Shown: positions 1 to 12,900 of the stretch, one piece after another
Numbering within the stretch: position 1 is the first letter of the stretch
Layout: every line of letters begins with the position of its first letter
Assembly: GCF_028641065.1 (NCBI RefSeq)
Contig: NC_073380.1
Coordinates: 60,760,001-60,824,000, forward strand
DNA length: 64,000 bases
Direction: 5' to 3'
From: Leucoraja erinacea
Lineage: Eukaryota
The notes under the pieces: model-generated
The model's database searches: none
Seen by the model: the letters and a program-made list of their open reading frames with translations, nothing else
Told to the model about the DNA's origin: nothing
Position numbers and translations under genes: made by a program

Positions 1-165
1 TTATGATCTAACTTTTCTGGCTTTATCTTGCGCTAAACATTATTCCCTTATGTGAACGGCTCGATTATAATCATGTATTGTCTTTCGGGTGACTGGTTAG
101 CACGCAACAAAAGCTTTTCACGGTACCTCGGTACACGTGACAATACACTAAATTGAAACTGAAAT
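1..165 (+). mobile_element. 3' end of a dispersed non-LTR/SINE-like repeat
   Basis: gactggttagcacgcaacaaaagcttttcac..gtgacaata module recurs at ~34175-34295 (-) and ~58155-58245 (+). Confidence 0.55.
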
Positions 166-286
166 CCCTCTGATACATATTAGTGTTGATATTTAGCAAT
201 GAAATTGGAGTGCAAAATGGCAATAGCTGCAAGGGAGTTCCAGATTTAAAGGGGGTCCTTGGGTTGTAGGATTACTATGGACAAAT

Positions 287-2020
287 TATCAATTTATAAC
301 AAGAGGAATCGAAAATATGAGCAAAGAGGTCCTTCTGCATTTGTACAGAGCCCTAGTGAGACCATACCTGGAGTATTATGTGCAGTTTTGGTCCCCTAAT
401 TTGAGGAAGGACATTCTTGCTATTGAGGGAGTGCAGCGTAGGTTTACAAGGTTAATTCCCGGGATGGCTGGACTGTCATATGCTGAGAGAATGGAGCAGC
501 TGGGCTTGTACACTCTGGAGTTTAGAAGGATGAGAGGAGATCTAATTGAAACATATAAGATTGTTAAGGGCTTGGACACGCTAGAGGCAGGAAACATGTT
601 CCCGATGTTGGGGGAGTCCAGAACCAGGGGCCTCAGTTTAAGAATAAGGAGTAAGCCATTTAGAACAGAGACAAGGAAACGCTTTTTAGAAACATAGAAA
701 TTAAGTGCAGGAGTAGGCCATTCGGCCCTTCGAGCCTGCACCGCCATTCAATTTGATCATCCAACTCAGTATCCCGTACCTGCCTTCTCTCCATACCCTC
801 TGATCCCCTTAGCCATAAGGGCCACATCTAACTCCCTCTTAAATATAGCCAATGAACTGGCCTCGACTACCCTCTGTGGCAGAGAGTTCCAGAGATTCAC
901 CACTCTCTGTGTGAAAAAAGTCATCTCGGTTTTAAAGGATTTCCCCCTTATCCTTAAGCTGTGACCCCTTGTCCTGGACTTCCCCAACATCGGGAGCAAT
1001 CTTCCTGCATCTAGCCTGTCCAACCCCTTAAGAATTTTGTAAGTTTCTATAAGATCCCCTCTCAATCTCCTAAATTCTAGAGAGTATAAACCAAGTCTAT
1101 CCAGTCTTTCTTCATAAGACAGTCCTGACATCCCAGGAATCAGTCTGGTGAACCTTCTCTGCACTCCCTCTATGGCAATAATGTCCTTCCTCAGATTTGG
1201 AGACCAAAACTGTACGCAATACTCCAGGTGTGGTCTCACCAAGACCCTGTACAACTGCAGTAGAACCTCCCTGCTCCTATACTCAAATCCTTTTGCTATG
1301 AAAGCTAACATACCATTCGCTTTCTTCACTGCCTGCTGCACCTGCATGCCTACTTTCAATGACTGGTGTACCATGACACCCAGGTCTCGCTGCATCTCCC
1401 CTTTTCCTAGTCGGCCACCATTTAGATAATAGTCTGCTTTCCTGTTTTTGCCACCAAAATGGATAACCTCACATTTATCCACATTATACTGCATCTGCCA
1501 AACATTTGCCCACTCACCCAGCCTATCCAAGTCACTTTGCAGTCTCCTAGCATCCTCCTCACAGCTAACACTGCCCCCCAGCTTAGTGTCATCCGCAAAC
1601 TTGGAGATATTGCCTTCAATTCCCTCATCCAGATCATTAATATATATTGTAAATAGCTGGGGTCCCAGCACTGAGCCTTGCGGTACCCCACTAGTCACTG
1701 CCTGCCATTGTGAAAAGGACCCGTTTACTCCTACTCTTTACTTCCTGTTTGCCAGCCAGTTCTCTATCCACTAAAAAGATTTTTCTCACAGTGGTGAGTC
1801 AGTGGAATTTTCTGCCTCAGAGTGCGGTGGAGGCAGGTTCTCTAGATGCTTTCAAGAGAGAGCTAGATAGGGCTCTTAAAAATAGCCGAGTCAGGGGATA
1901 TGGGGAGAAGGCAGGAACGGGGTACTGATTTGGGATGATCAGCCATGATCACATTGAATGGCGGTGCTGGCTCGAAGGGCCGAATGGCCTACTCCTGCAC
2001 CTATTTATTGTCTATTGTCT
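287..2020 (+). mobile_element. CR1 LINE 3' portion with ctattgt-type tail, split by a younger CR1
   Basis: RT C-terminal peptide LYRALVRPYLEY..QFWSP at 317-688 resumes at ~1772 with VVSQWNFLP..GYGEKAGTGY and a CR1 3'UTR. Confidence 0.85.
688..1771 (-). mobile_element. Young 5'-truncated CR1 (HER1-like) LINE nested in an older CR1
   Basis: 310-aa ORF with GVPQGSVLGP and KFADD RT motifs; 3' tail tttctatgtttcta. Confidence 0.92.
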
Positions 2021-2129
2021 AATTAACATAATAGGGGGGTGTAAGGAGGAATTTGAGATTACAAGACAAGGAATGCTGAATGAAGGAGGGTCCAAATTTG
2101 GAACATTTGTTTCACCGATAAGTACAATA

Positions 2130-2428
2130 ATGCAGCTAGCAGTACCGCTGCCTCACACACCAGAAACCCGGGTTTAATCCTGACCTTAAGTGCAGTTTGG
2201 GTGTTGCATGTTGTTCCTGTGACCGCATGGTGCTCCACTTTCTTCCCATGTCCCAAAGACATGCAGCTCTGTAGGTCAATTGACCTCTGTAAAAAAAAAA
2301 AACCCTTATATGTGGGGAGTGGATTAAAAAGTGGGATAACAGAACTAGAGTATATGGGTGATTGATGGTCAGCGTGGTGGACGCGATGTGCCGAAGGGCC
2401 TGTTTCCATGCTACATCTCTAAACTAAC
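2130..2428 (+). mobile_element. tRNA-derived SINE (HE1/V-SINE-like)
   Basis: gctgcctcaca..cccgggtttaatcc B-box-like head, central cccaaagacatg, 3' gggcctgtttcc..ctctaaactaa. Related to the copy at 18832-19131. Confidence 0.65.
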
Positions 2429-4490
2429 CATTGAAATGAAGCCTGGGTTTTGGTTTTGTTGAGGAAAATATGACTCACGTGGTCCTAAAAAGCAATGAGA
2501 TATTTAAGGAGCATGCATGGACATAAATTGAAAGACTTAAGGAAGTGATAACCATCTGTTGGAAGCACTATTTAATAAAGCACAAAGATAATGTAAATAG
2601 ACAATAGGTGCAGGAGTAGGTCATTCGGCCTTTCAATCCAGCACCGCCCATTCAATGTGATCATAGCTGATCATCCCCAATTAATACCCCGTTCCTGTTT
2701 TATCCCCTTATCCCCTGACTCGGCTATCTTTAAGAGCTCTATCTAGCTCTCTCTCGAAAGTATCCAGAGAACCGGCCTCCACCGCCCTCGGAGGCAGAGA
2801 ATTCCACAGACCCACAACTCTCTGTGAGAAAAAGTGTTTCCTCGTCTCCGTTCTAAATGGCTTACCTCTTATTCTTAAACTGTGGCCCCTGGTTCTGGAC
2901 TCCCCAACATCAGAACATGTTTCCCGCATCTAGCGTGTCCGAACCCTTAGTAATCTTATATGTTTCAATAAGATCCACTCTCATCCTTCTAAACTCCAGA
3001 ATATACAAGCCCAGCTGCTCCATTCTCTCAGCATATGACAGTCCCGCCATCCCGGGAATTAATCTTGAAAACCTATGCTGCGCTCCCTCAATAGCAAGAA
3101 TGTCCTTCCTCAAATTAGGGGACCAAAACTGCACACAATACTCCAGGTGTGGTCTCACTAGGGTCTAATACAACTGCAGAAGGATCTCTTTGCTCCTATA
3201 CTCAAGTCCTCTTGTAAAAAAGGCCAACGTGCCTTTCGCTTTCTTCACTGTCTGCTGTACCTGCATGCTTACTTTCATTGACTGATGAACAAGATCCTGT
3301 TGTACTTCCCCTTTTCCCAACTTGACACCATTTAGATAGTAATCTCCCTTCCTGTTTTTGCTACCAAAGTGTATGACCTCACATTTATCCACATTAAACT
3401 GCATCTACCATGCATATGCCCACTCATTCAACCTGTCCAAGTCACCCTGCATTCTCATAGCATCCTACTCCCAGTTCACACTGCCATCCAGCTTTGTGTC
3501 ATCTGCAAATTTGCTAATGTTACTTTGAATCCCTTCATCTAAATCATTAATGTATATTGTAAATAGCTGCGGTCCCAGCACCGAGCCTTGCAGTGCCCCA
3601 CTAGTCACTGCCTGCCATTCTGAAAGGGTCCCATTAATCCCTACTCGTTGTTTCCTGTCTTCCAACCAACTTTTTATCTATGTCAGCACTCTACCCCCAA
3701 TATCATGTGCCCTAATTTTGCCCACTAATCTGCTATGTGGCACCTTATCAAATGCTTTCTGAAAGTCTAAGTACACTACATCCACTGGCTCTCCCTTGTC
3801 CATTTTCCTAGTTACAGTCTCAAAAAATTCCAGAAGATTAGTCAAGCATGATTTCCCCTTCGTAAATCCATGCTGACTCAGACCGATCCTGTTACTGCTA
3901 TTCAAATGTGCCACTATTTCACCTTTTATAAAAGTATGATTAAACGAGAACTTACCAGTTTGAAGTTTGATCTTTATTTTATGAGGAATTACGATGAGGG
4001 ATTACGTGAAGACCCCGCCAGCACGCATGCGCGACATTCTTCAAAGCAGCGGTGTGGAATCACAGAAAACACAGTAATTGAAATAAACATAGTAAAGATA
4101 AGAGAACTAGGATACCAGTTGACCTTTATAATTGAGGGTGGGAGCGGAGGGCACGTAATCCCTCATCGTAACTCCTCATAAAATAAAGATCAAACTTCAA
4201 ACTGGTAAGTCGTTTAATCTTACTATTTTACTTCGGAGTCACGCGAGTGACTACGTGAAGATTTTAAAGCTCTGTGATTTCAAACCGTGTAACAGTCCAT
4301 GCTTCACTCACTGCCGAAGTCATCCAAGGGAGGAAGTATGTTATCGTAATCGAACATGAATCAGCTTTTTAAAAAACAATAACAATATTTATTTTAAACA
4401 AAGAAAAATAACGCTCCCCCAGGCTTAAATTATATATTTGCAGAATTTAAAATCCTCTCTGCAAATAATACAGGTTTAACAATCGGCTTA

Positions 4491-5418
4491 TTATAGAACG
4501 TTTGGAAAAGTTATTTCCGTGGACCACCCCGCTGTTGCCAGGATATGGTCCAATGGCACGTCCATATTCTTAGCCGCCGATGTAGCTGCTGCCCTGGTGG
4601 AGTGAGATGTAAAAATGTCAGTATCCACCTCAGCAGCTCCCAATACCCATCTGAGCCATCTAGAGATGGTTTGTACTGACACCCGACCATGTGGCTTTTT
4701 GTAGCTGACCCATAGTGCCTTTTCTCTCCCTCGGGATTCTTTGGTTGTGTTGAGATATTGCAGCAAATGTGTCATGACACATAAACGGGGGTCACGTGGG
4801 TACGCCCGGAATTCCATAGTTAGTCCTGAAGTTCCCGGTCTGCTCTGCTTTACCAGCTCCCAGATAGTAAATGTAACTTGGTCAGCTGATATGACCATGT
4901 TGGCCAGTCTGAGAAGGTGTAGGGACTGGACCCTTTGGGCTGAGACTAAAGCCATCAGCATTACCGTTTTCAGGGTGAGCTGTTCCAGAGTCAGGGATCT
5001 AGTTGGTGACCATCCCCTTAGAAATGACAGGACGACACTGACGTCCCAGATCTGGGTGTACCTTGGTCTAGGGGGGGTTGGTATTAAAGATGCCTTTCAT
5101 TAATTTGGCCACCAGCGGATGTGACCCTATGGACTGTTGTCCTGGTGCCTGCCACAGATAGGCTGACAGAGCACTCCTAGCACAATTAATTGTACTGTAA
5201 CTCAGACCTTCATCGTAGTAAAGGCTGGACAGGAACTCCAGTACGTTCGTTATGGATGCTGTTCTATATGTCATCCCTGTTCTTGAACAGTACGCTTCCC
5301 ACTTCCTGATGCTGGAGAGGTACTGTTCCTTGGTGGATTGTCGGTGAGATGCTGTCATCATGTCCATGGTCCTGTTTGACAGTCCCAGGTCCAATAATGG
5401 TCTTTTTAAATTCTGCAA
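4491..5418 (-). pseudogene. DIRS tyrosine recombinase (integrase N-terminal SAM-like plus catalytic domain), frameshifted
   Basis: GLSYSTINCARSALS; SAQRVQSL; HSTRAAATS (HxxR); ILATAGWS. Confidence 0.88.
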
Positions 5419-5820
5419 CCCAACAGATTTATTCTGTCATGGCACGGATGACTCTCGCTTGTGACAGGGTGGACCAACAGATCTGGTCTCCTGGGAATGG
5501 TCATGGGTGGTTCAGTGACCATGTGAAGGACCACAGGGAACCATGGCTGTGTAGGCCAGTCGGGTACTACCAAAATACCTGAAGCAGAGTCCATCTGTAT
5601 TTTGCGTAGTACCCGACTGATGAGGCAGAAGGGGGGGGGGAAAGGCATAGAAACATAATTTTCCCCAGTTCAGTGAGAATGCGTCCATCACTGCTGCCTC
5701 AGGGTCTGGTTCCCAAGCGACATATGTTGATACCTGGTGATTCAGTCGGGATGCAAAGAGGTCGATATCTGGTGTTCCATATTGCTTTGTAATTTCAGCA
5801 AATACTTTGGGGTTTAACAT
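5406..5820 (-). pseudogene. DIRS DNA N6-adenine methyltransferase domain, frameshifted at a homopolymer
   Basis: IDLFASRLNHQV, DAFSLNW, YAFPP and ILVVPDWPTQPWFP motifs; frame change at the G10 run 5631-5640. Confidence 0.82.
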
Positions 5821-5879
5821 CCATTCAGTGTTATTATTGAATTTGTATTATTATTGAATATTGTCAATTTGTAGGCGAA

Positions 5880-7090
5880 CATGCAAATGGTGCATGCATA
5901 GCTGAACAGTCAGCTTTTAGGCCATAAAACGCACCCAACATTTCCAAATAGTTTATACCCAGTGTCTGTAGTAGTGATGATTCTTATATGTTCCATCTAC
6001 CACCCGTACTAGATATAGTGTTAGTTGCTCCCCAGCCTTGAGCACTAGCATCCGTTTGTATCGTGAATGTTGGGTTATTGATAACGATGGGGCTGGAACT
6101 ATGCCAAATGTTCACTTTCCACCATTGTAATTCTGATATTGCTTTAGCTGGTAATTTCATGGTTCTGTCAAAATGACCTGCATGTTGTTATAGTGCTTGC
6201 ACCTTTGCTCTTTGTAAGTTTTGGTAATGCAAAGGTCCAAGCTGGGTAGCTGGAAATGCTGCTACTAATTTCCCAATTGCTCTTGCCACCTGTCGAATAG
6301 TTGGATGATTGGTAATCATTAATTTGTTGAAGGCTTGTGCCAATTCTGCTGCTTTTTCTTTTGGCAACGCTACAGACATGTGGACTGAGTTAAATGTGAA
6401 TCCCAGATAGTCCATAGTTGTGGATGGCGTCAACTTAGATGTATCTGGATGTATGACAAACCCCAGAGTTTCAAATAAATGTTTGGTAGCTAATACTGCT
6501 GATTTAGCTAATTCCAGGGTTTTGCCCACTATCAAAATATCATCAAGATATGCCATGACAATATGTTTTTGTTTTCTTAGTATTGCCAGGGCCGGTTTTA
6601 ATATCTTGACAAATAGTCTTGGGGCTGATGTTAGCCCATTAGGCAATGCAATCCAGTTAAACTTTACGTATCTACGATGATCCTTATGAATGGGTACTGA
6701 ATAGTATGTATCTTTTAAGTCGATGCATGCCATGAAGTATCCTCTGGAAATCAATTGTTTGGCAGTAACAAATGTTTCCATTTTGAAATGTATATACTTG
6801 ACAAAAGTATTCAATGTCGTTAAGTCAATGATGATGCGACATCCACCATCTCTTTTGGTTTTAGTAAAGATATTTGATACAAATTCCAAAGGGTCATGTT
6901 CCGATTTCTCTATGACTCCCTTTGTATGTAATCTCACCAGTTCTGCCTGTCCCTCGCATTTTTCTTTTTGTGAGAGGGTAAACTCCCTGTGGGGTGCATG
7001 CTGAACTGGCGGCATACTTTTTTGAACAAATTCAATTTTGTATCCCTGAATCCCTTTGTAGTATATAATTATCGAGTGATAGCCCTCCAT
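5880..7090 (-). pseudogene. DIRS reverse transcriptase and RNase H, disrupted
   Basis: IDLKDTYYSVPIH, ALPNGLTSAPRLF, MAYLDDILI, YLGF motifs; TDAS-like RNase H motif near 6050. Confidence 0.88.
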
Positions 7091-7196
7091 GCTTCCAAAA
7101 ACAGGTGTAACCTCCCCCCTGTTAGTAAAGGCCCTGCACCTTTTATGTTCTGGAAGGAACCAGACCCACTTACCTTCATTGTTACCGGTAGAATAT

Positions 7197-8415
7197 TCAT
7201 TTCTTGGGTTTCCGGCTCTTCATCTGTCGAGGTGTTGCTGTGTGGGGTTGGCGCATCTTCCATGGGGTCCGCTCTGGGCCCTGTCCTAGAAAAAACCTCC
7301 GGGGATGATATGCGGGCCCCATGCTTTCACCAGTACCATGATGTAGACGCCTACTGGTGGATGCGTAGGGGTGCTGCCGTCTGGGTTGCATGGCCTTGCT
7401 CGTTCCGGGCCCTGCCCTCATGAGTCCAAGTGCTTTAGACTCCTCGTCCAGATCTTTTACCTGCTTCGGCAGGTCTTTACCAAATAGCAGGATTTGTGGT
7501 TGTGAGGTCGGCGTTTTGCACAACCCTGCAAATTTGGGGTTGAGGGCAGGTCTTAAGGCATCTTTCCATAGGTTGTTGATTTCGTACTGTGTATTACACA
7601 GCAGAGCCAGGGTGTCTTGTTGGTTGTTGGTCATTTTGACACCATCCACGGAACGAGCGTATTTGTGTGTAATGTATGGCTGACATCAGGAGCTTCAGAA
7701 TTTTTTGGAGTTTTAGTTCTTGGGTTCGAATGCTCAACCCAATGTACCCCCAGATTTGGTTATTGACGGCCGGTACATTGAGCGATATACAATTCTCCGG
7801 TGGCATGTATAATTCCAACACCTCATTGACTACCTGTTCTTGGAGTGGGTTGAAGGACAGGTAGTCAATGCTAGCCGCCAGTTTAGGCTGCAACGGCTGT
7901 CCCGCTCGCGGTGTTACAGCATAGTGGTTTACCACTCCCAGCAACTCTTCCTGTTCCTGCAACCCCAGCATACTGCTGTTGGCTTCAGCCAATGACCCCT
8001 CTTCTTGACCACCAGCCCAGCCCTGGTCACCAATGCTCCCCTCTGCTGAGGGAGATGCGATGGCCAGTACTGGATATTGCACTGTAGCGGGTGTGCTTGC
8101 ACTCCCTTGGCGGGCTTGCCCCATCTCCCGGAGCAAATCTCGCTGGAGCATTTGCTCCATTAACCGCTCCATGCGGGCCAAACGGTCACCTTTGCTGCTC
8201 TCGGGCGGTGTGTCTTCCGTGCCGGACTCAACGGAGTCAACCGGCCGGACCGACTTCTGTTTTGCCTTGCCTCCAACCTGCTGCGGTGGTTCGAGCTGAG
8301 CAGCTTGTGGCGTTGGGCTCGGCTCTACAGAAAATTTGTCGGTGACTGTGGACCGCAGCGAGTGCGGTCCAGGTGCCACCGGTCGCCCCCCACTGTTGGA
8401 ACCCTCCAGGGCCAT
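7197..8415 (-). pseudogene. DIRS gag-like ORF1, frameshifted
   Basis: Two overlapping ORFs (PENCISLNVPAVNNQIW; ALRPALNPKFAGLC..LLFGKDL) at the 5' end of the element. Confidence 0.65.
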
Positions 8416-9683
8416 AAGTCGGACGGGGTGCGACCTTCTTCGTTTTTCTGCCCTTGTCCATTTTCTCTATGAAACAAATCACAACAAGGGTTTTTTCAAA
8501 TACGACCTCAGAATAAGTTTTACTTACCTGGAGGTCCCGTTTTAAACTCTGTTGCGGGAGAGCTCGTTCTCCCGCCCGTCGCTGTTGCACTGCGCGAGAC
8601 GCTACCTCGCGCATGCATGCTGGCGGGGTCTTCACGTAGTGACTCCGAAGTAAAATTGATTCCAGCATCTTTCCCACCACTGATGTCAGGCTAACTGGTC
8701 TATAATTCCCTGTTTTCTCTCTCCCGCCTTTCTTAAAAAGTAGGATAACATTAGTTACCCTCTAATCCACAGGAACTGATCCTGAATCTATAGAACATTG
8801 GAAAATTATTACCAATGCATCCATGATTTCTAGAGCCAAGAAAAATGTATCAAGAAAAATAATACATTGAGTTTGAAAGAGTATTACGTCTTCAAATCGA
8901 ATTCAAGTGTTTGGATGTGCTATGCCTGTATTCACGGGAATTTAGAAGAATGAGAGGAGGAGGAGGTCTCATTGAAACAAACAAAATTCTGACAGGGCTC
9001 AACATGTTGGATGCAAGGAAGATAATTGCCCCATCTAAGAGGTTTGTTGAACTATAGGGCACAGTTTCAAGATATGGAATGTTGGAGGGTTTGTGTGTTT
9101 GATCTGCCCCCTAAATCTGGCTTTGACATGGGGCCCAATCACCCTCTTATGGCTCAGTTCGGGAGAGCACACAAATAAAATCTTATACCACAGTAGTGTT
9201 TCTCAAACAAGTCAATTCATTCTAGCCCTACAGGGAAGCACTCCTGTGTTTTTCTGACTCAAAACACTAACAGCATTTTATATCATTTGTGCTACAGCAG
9301 TTACATGCAGATTCACCAGTAACCCACTGTTCTTTGTAATGTTTGACCCTTGTTTATCTCTGCTGCAGTTATCTCTAGCTGCCTGACAACTAGGACTTTT
9401 CTTCCTGTGCTTTGAAATCCATTCTCCCATTTGCTCTAATGGGCGTCAGAGTGATTCCTCTTATCCTACATGTAATGACATTGCCTTCAACCGTTTACAA
9501 ACATCCTACAAATTTTCTTTGCTCCAGGTAGCTATGCCTTGCAATCTAAACACTTCCCATTTCTGAGCAAGCCTCTACTAACATAACCTTTAAATTACCT
9601 TCGCTATGTTAGTCTCATTTTCCATCATGCATCTGCAGAATCAATGTAAAATAAAGTTTTGTTTATTATTGTTAAAACAAGAG

Positions 9684-10475
9684 AATGTGGATAAATGTGA
9701 GTTTATCCACTTAGGTGGCAAGAACAAGAAGGCAGATTATTATCCGAATTGTGTCAGATTAGGAAAAGAGGAGGTGCAACGAGACCTAGGTATCCTTGTA
9801 TATCACTCCTTGTAAGTATGCAGATACAGCAGGCAGTGAAGAGAGCAGATGGCATGTTGGCCTTCGTAGTGCGAGGATTTGAGTATAGGAGCAAGGAGGT
9901 CTTACTGCAGTTGTACAGGGCCTTGGTGAGGCCACACCTGGAGTATTGTGTGCAGTGTTGGTCTACTAATTTGAAGAAGGACATTCTTGCTATTGAGGGA
10001 GTGCAGCGCATGTTCACCAGGTTAATTCCCAAAATGGCAGGACTGACATATGATGAAAGAATTGGTCGACTGGCCTTGTATTCACTGGAATTTAAAAGGA
10101 TGAGAGGATATCTTATAGAAACATAAAATTCTTAAGGGATTGGACAGGCTCGATGCAGGAAAAATGTTCCCCATGTTGGGGGAGTCCAAAACCAGGGGTC
10201 ACATTTTAAGAATAAGGGGTAGGCCATTTAGGACTGAGATGAGGAAAAACATTTTCACCCAGAGAGTTGTGAATCTGTGGAATTCTCTGCCACAGAAGGC
10301 AGTGGAGAGCAATTCACTGGATGTTTTCAAGAGAGAGTTAGATTTAGCTTTTCGGGCTAACGGAATCAAGGGATATGGGGAAAAGCATAAACGGGGTACT
10401 GATTTTGGATGATCAGCCATGATCATATCGAAGGGTCAAATGGCCTACTCCTGCACCTATTTTCTATGTTTCTAT
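9684..10475 (+). mobile_element. CR1 LINE 3' fragment
   Basis: NVDKCE, RPHLEYCVQ, FTQRVVNLWNSLP peptides; tail ttttctatgtttctatg. Confidence 0.88.
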
Positions 10476-11828
10476 GGCAAATGGATAAACTAATGGACAT
10501 AAATAAATGAAAATAAATTGGCTAAGTAATAAATAAGTAAAATAATTTAAACAAAAGATGGTTTCAGAGAATATATTCTTATATAGTGGTACTAAAGGCT
10601 GATATGGGTAAAATAAAACGCAAACAATGGAAACAATTTATTTTAAAGCACGACAATGAACTATGAAAGTTCAGACATAGTAATGTTTGAATAAGCGAGT
10701 TCGGTATTCCGAAAAACGCAAGGAATCATGGGATTTGTCATAGGTCATTCACCATAAAGAAAAAGCGAACAAAGCTCTGACTATAAACCAGGGCAGGGGG
10801 AGACTGGACCGGCGGACAGACATTTTTGGCAGCTGCACGCACACTGACCAGCGCCTCATCCGCAGCCAGGATCGAACCCGGGTCCCCGTCGTCGCAAGCG
10901 CTGCCCGGCCTGACACCTCCGGCCTCCCAGGACAGGGATGGGACACCTGGGAGGGGATAGCCCAGCAGCAACTCAACAGCACCCGCAGCGCCGGAGACCA
11001 GGGACCCAGACCTCGCTCACTCACTCACCTTAGCATAAAACAATAAAACCAACAAAATAATCTTAGCTTTTAATAAAGGAACAATAAGTACAACTGATTC
11101 ATAGTTTGAAAGCAGTATTTTCTTACCAAGAAGAATCAAAATTGGAAAAAGCGGATGAAATGTTTCCACAGCTCCATTCCAATGTTTGCGCAGTGACCTT
11201 TGACCTAGGCATGTGCAGTTGGAATACCAAACTCGCTTATTGGGGTCTTTAATCTGAAATGTCTTCTTTCCCGAATTGCTGCATGACTTGTTATTTCTAG
11301 CATTTTGTGTTTTTGTTTCACATTTCCAATGTCTGCATGGTTTTAGTTTCATAACTTTTAATATATGATTGCTGTGGATAAGCCATTAAACTATATCTTT
11401 CTTATTTTTAATTCTAGGTCAGGAAGGGGTTATTGCTGCCTGATTTATAGATTATCCAAAAGCAGAGATCACTTCCTGAAAGAAAAGACAACCACATTAA
11501 TAATCTGTTATTTATAAAGCATCATTGTTGGAGGAGTGTAGGCGGCAATCTCTCTGCTCATCTAAATACTATTGGGAAAACAATGGTCTCCTCACTGGTC
11601 TACAAGGGATTTGCTTTCCACCCAACTCAAATTTTTAATCTCATTTTCCATTGCCATATTCACATGAGGTGTCTCCTAATGAACATAAACATGCTACTTA
11701 ATATTACTGACATTTTGCTATTGCAACATCCACTTCATTGTTTCCATCGCCTGGTGTCACTTTTTAGATCCCAACATTTGAGGACATTTTTTTACATTTA
11801 TTATTTAGCTTTGCAATTTGTCCTGGAC

Positions 11829-12332
11829 CAGGCGTGGGGAACCTTTTCATGTTGGAACACCGCATTAAGTTAGCTGCAATCTAATAAGGCCGCATCCAAG
11901 AAACTTCAATTAGATATACTTCAAAATGTACATTATTTTGTTAAAATAGCCTTCATGACTTACTAATGTTTTAATTGTGGCCGTCAGTCAGGGAGGATTA
12001 TTTCGTTGAATTTTCATTTACTCTTTGGTATTTTAAATACGTTCATTTTAAGATTAAAATAAAAATAATAAAAGACAAACAAAAACATATTAATTAAAAT
12101 AAAAGGTAGACAAAAATGCTGGAGAAACTCAGCGGGTGAGGCAGCATCTATGGAACAAAGGAAATAGGCGACCTTTCGGGTCGAGACCCTTCTTCAGCAT
12201 TTTTGTCTACCTTCGATTTTCCAGCATCTGCAGTTCCTTCTTAAATAAAAATAAAAGGATTTGTTCTACTAAATTTGGATTCAATTGAAAGGCCGCACTT
12301 AATGGCCTAGAAGGCCGCAGGTTCCCCATCCG
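11829..12332. mobile_element. Non-autonomous hAT (Charlie-like) element
   Basis: TIRs caggcgtggggaacc / ggttccccatccg and 8-bp TSD tcctggac (11821-11828, 12333-12340). Contains a nested Penelope-derived fragment. Confidence 0.75.
12101..12246. mobile_element. Penelope-derived short element with hammerhead-like motif
   Basis: Minus-strand CTGAAGAagggtctcgacccGAAAggtc at 12170-12197, bracketed by inverted aggtagacaaaaatgctg / cagcatttttgtctacct. Confidence 0.7.
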
Positions 12333-12900
12333 TCCTGGACTTCCCAATTTTTTAAATTGTAAAATTGTCACGATTTCAATGTTAAATGCTGACAAATAAA
12401 ATCACTGACATTTAGCTGTTTATTAAATGGAAGCAAGTCCAGGACTTCTGCACAATATGGCAGTGGTGCATGGGGCAAATCAGTGGCACAGCTGCTGCCT
12501 CAGAGTACGAGTGACACTGGTTCGATATCGACCCTGGGTGTTATCTGCGTAGAGTTTGCACTTTTTCCCTGTGACACTGTGGGTTTCCTCTGGGTGTTCT
12601 GGACAGACTTTTCGCAGGGAGGGGTGGGTCCATTTGGGGTAGCACAATCATTTGCAGATTTTCCACCTCTCAGGCTGGAAAGACTGTTCACTGAGCCCGC
12701 ATCAGTTTAAAACTGGCACAAGTTCAGCAGTCCCCATTCAAGTACACGGGAGAAATTAACTTCTGAGAGATAAATTGAGTCATTTAATTATTTGCTTTTT
12801 TATTGTTTATGAATGATGTAAATGGGTGTTTTTATTTAAGTTAAAATAATCAAAAATTAAAATTGCAGTTTCAAATGTTAATAAGTGCCCAGTGTTCTCA

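Larger units (their letters stand above)
3932..8655 (-). mobile_element. DIRS1-type tyrosine-recombinase retrotransposon, structurally complete but frameshifted
   Basis: Inverted terminal repeats (tacgtgaagaccccgccagc.. ~4003-4034 vs ~8607-8638), internal complementary region ~4152-4262, gag/RT/RH/MT/YR ORF order, no TSD. Confidence 0.93.
2598..8838 (-). mobile_element. CR1 LINE fragment (2598-3931 plus 8656-8838) interrupted by the DIRS element
   Basis: Broken RT ORFs (QHGFTKGKSCLTNL, YLDFQKAFD, KFADD). The flanks rejoin as cttttataa|ttgattccagcatc, matching the uninterrupted copy at ~25100. Confidence 0.88.

Noticed and set aside
2130-2200. tRNA gene
   Set aside because: Only a degenerate tRNA-like SINE head; no cloverleaf.
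4491-5820. Prophage or bacterial contamination (integrase plus methylase)
   Set aside because: Both domains are integral to a DIRS retroelement with RT, ITRs and ICR nested in a vertebrate LINE.
9080-9660. Possible solo LTR
   Set aside because: No convincing TG..CA boundaries with a TSD and no second copy in the window.
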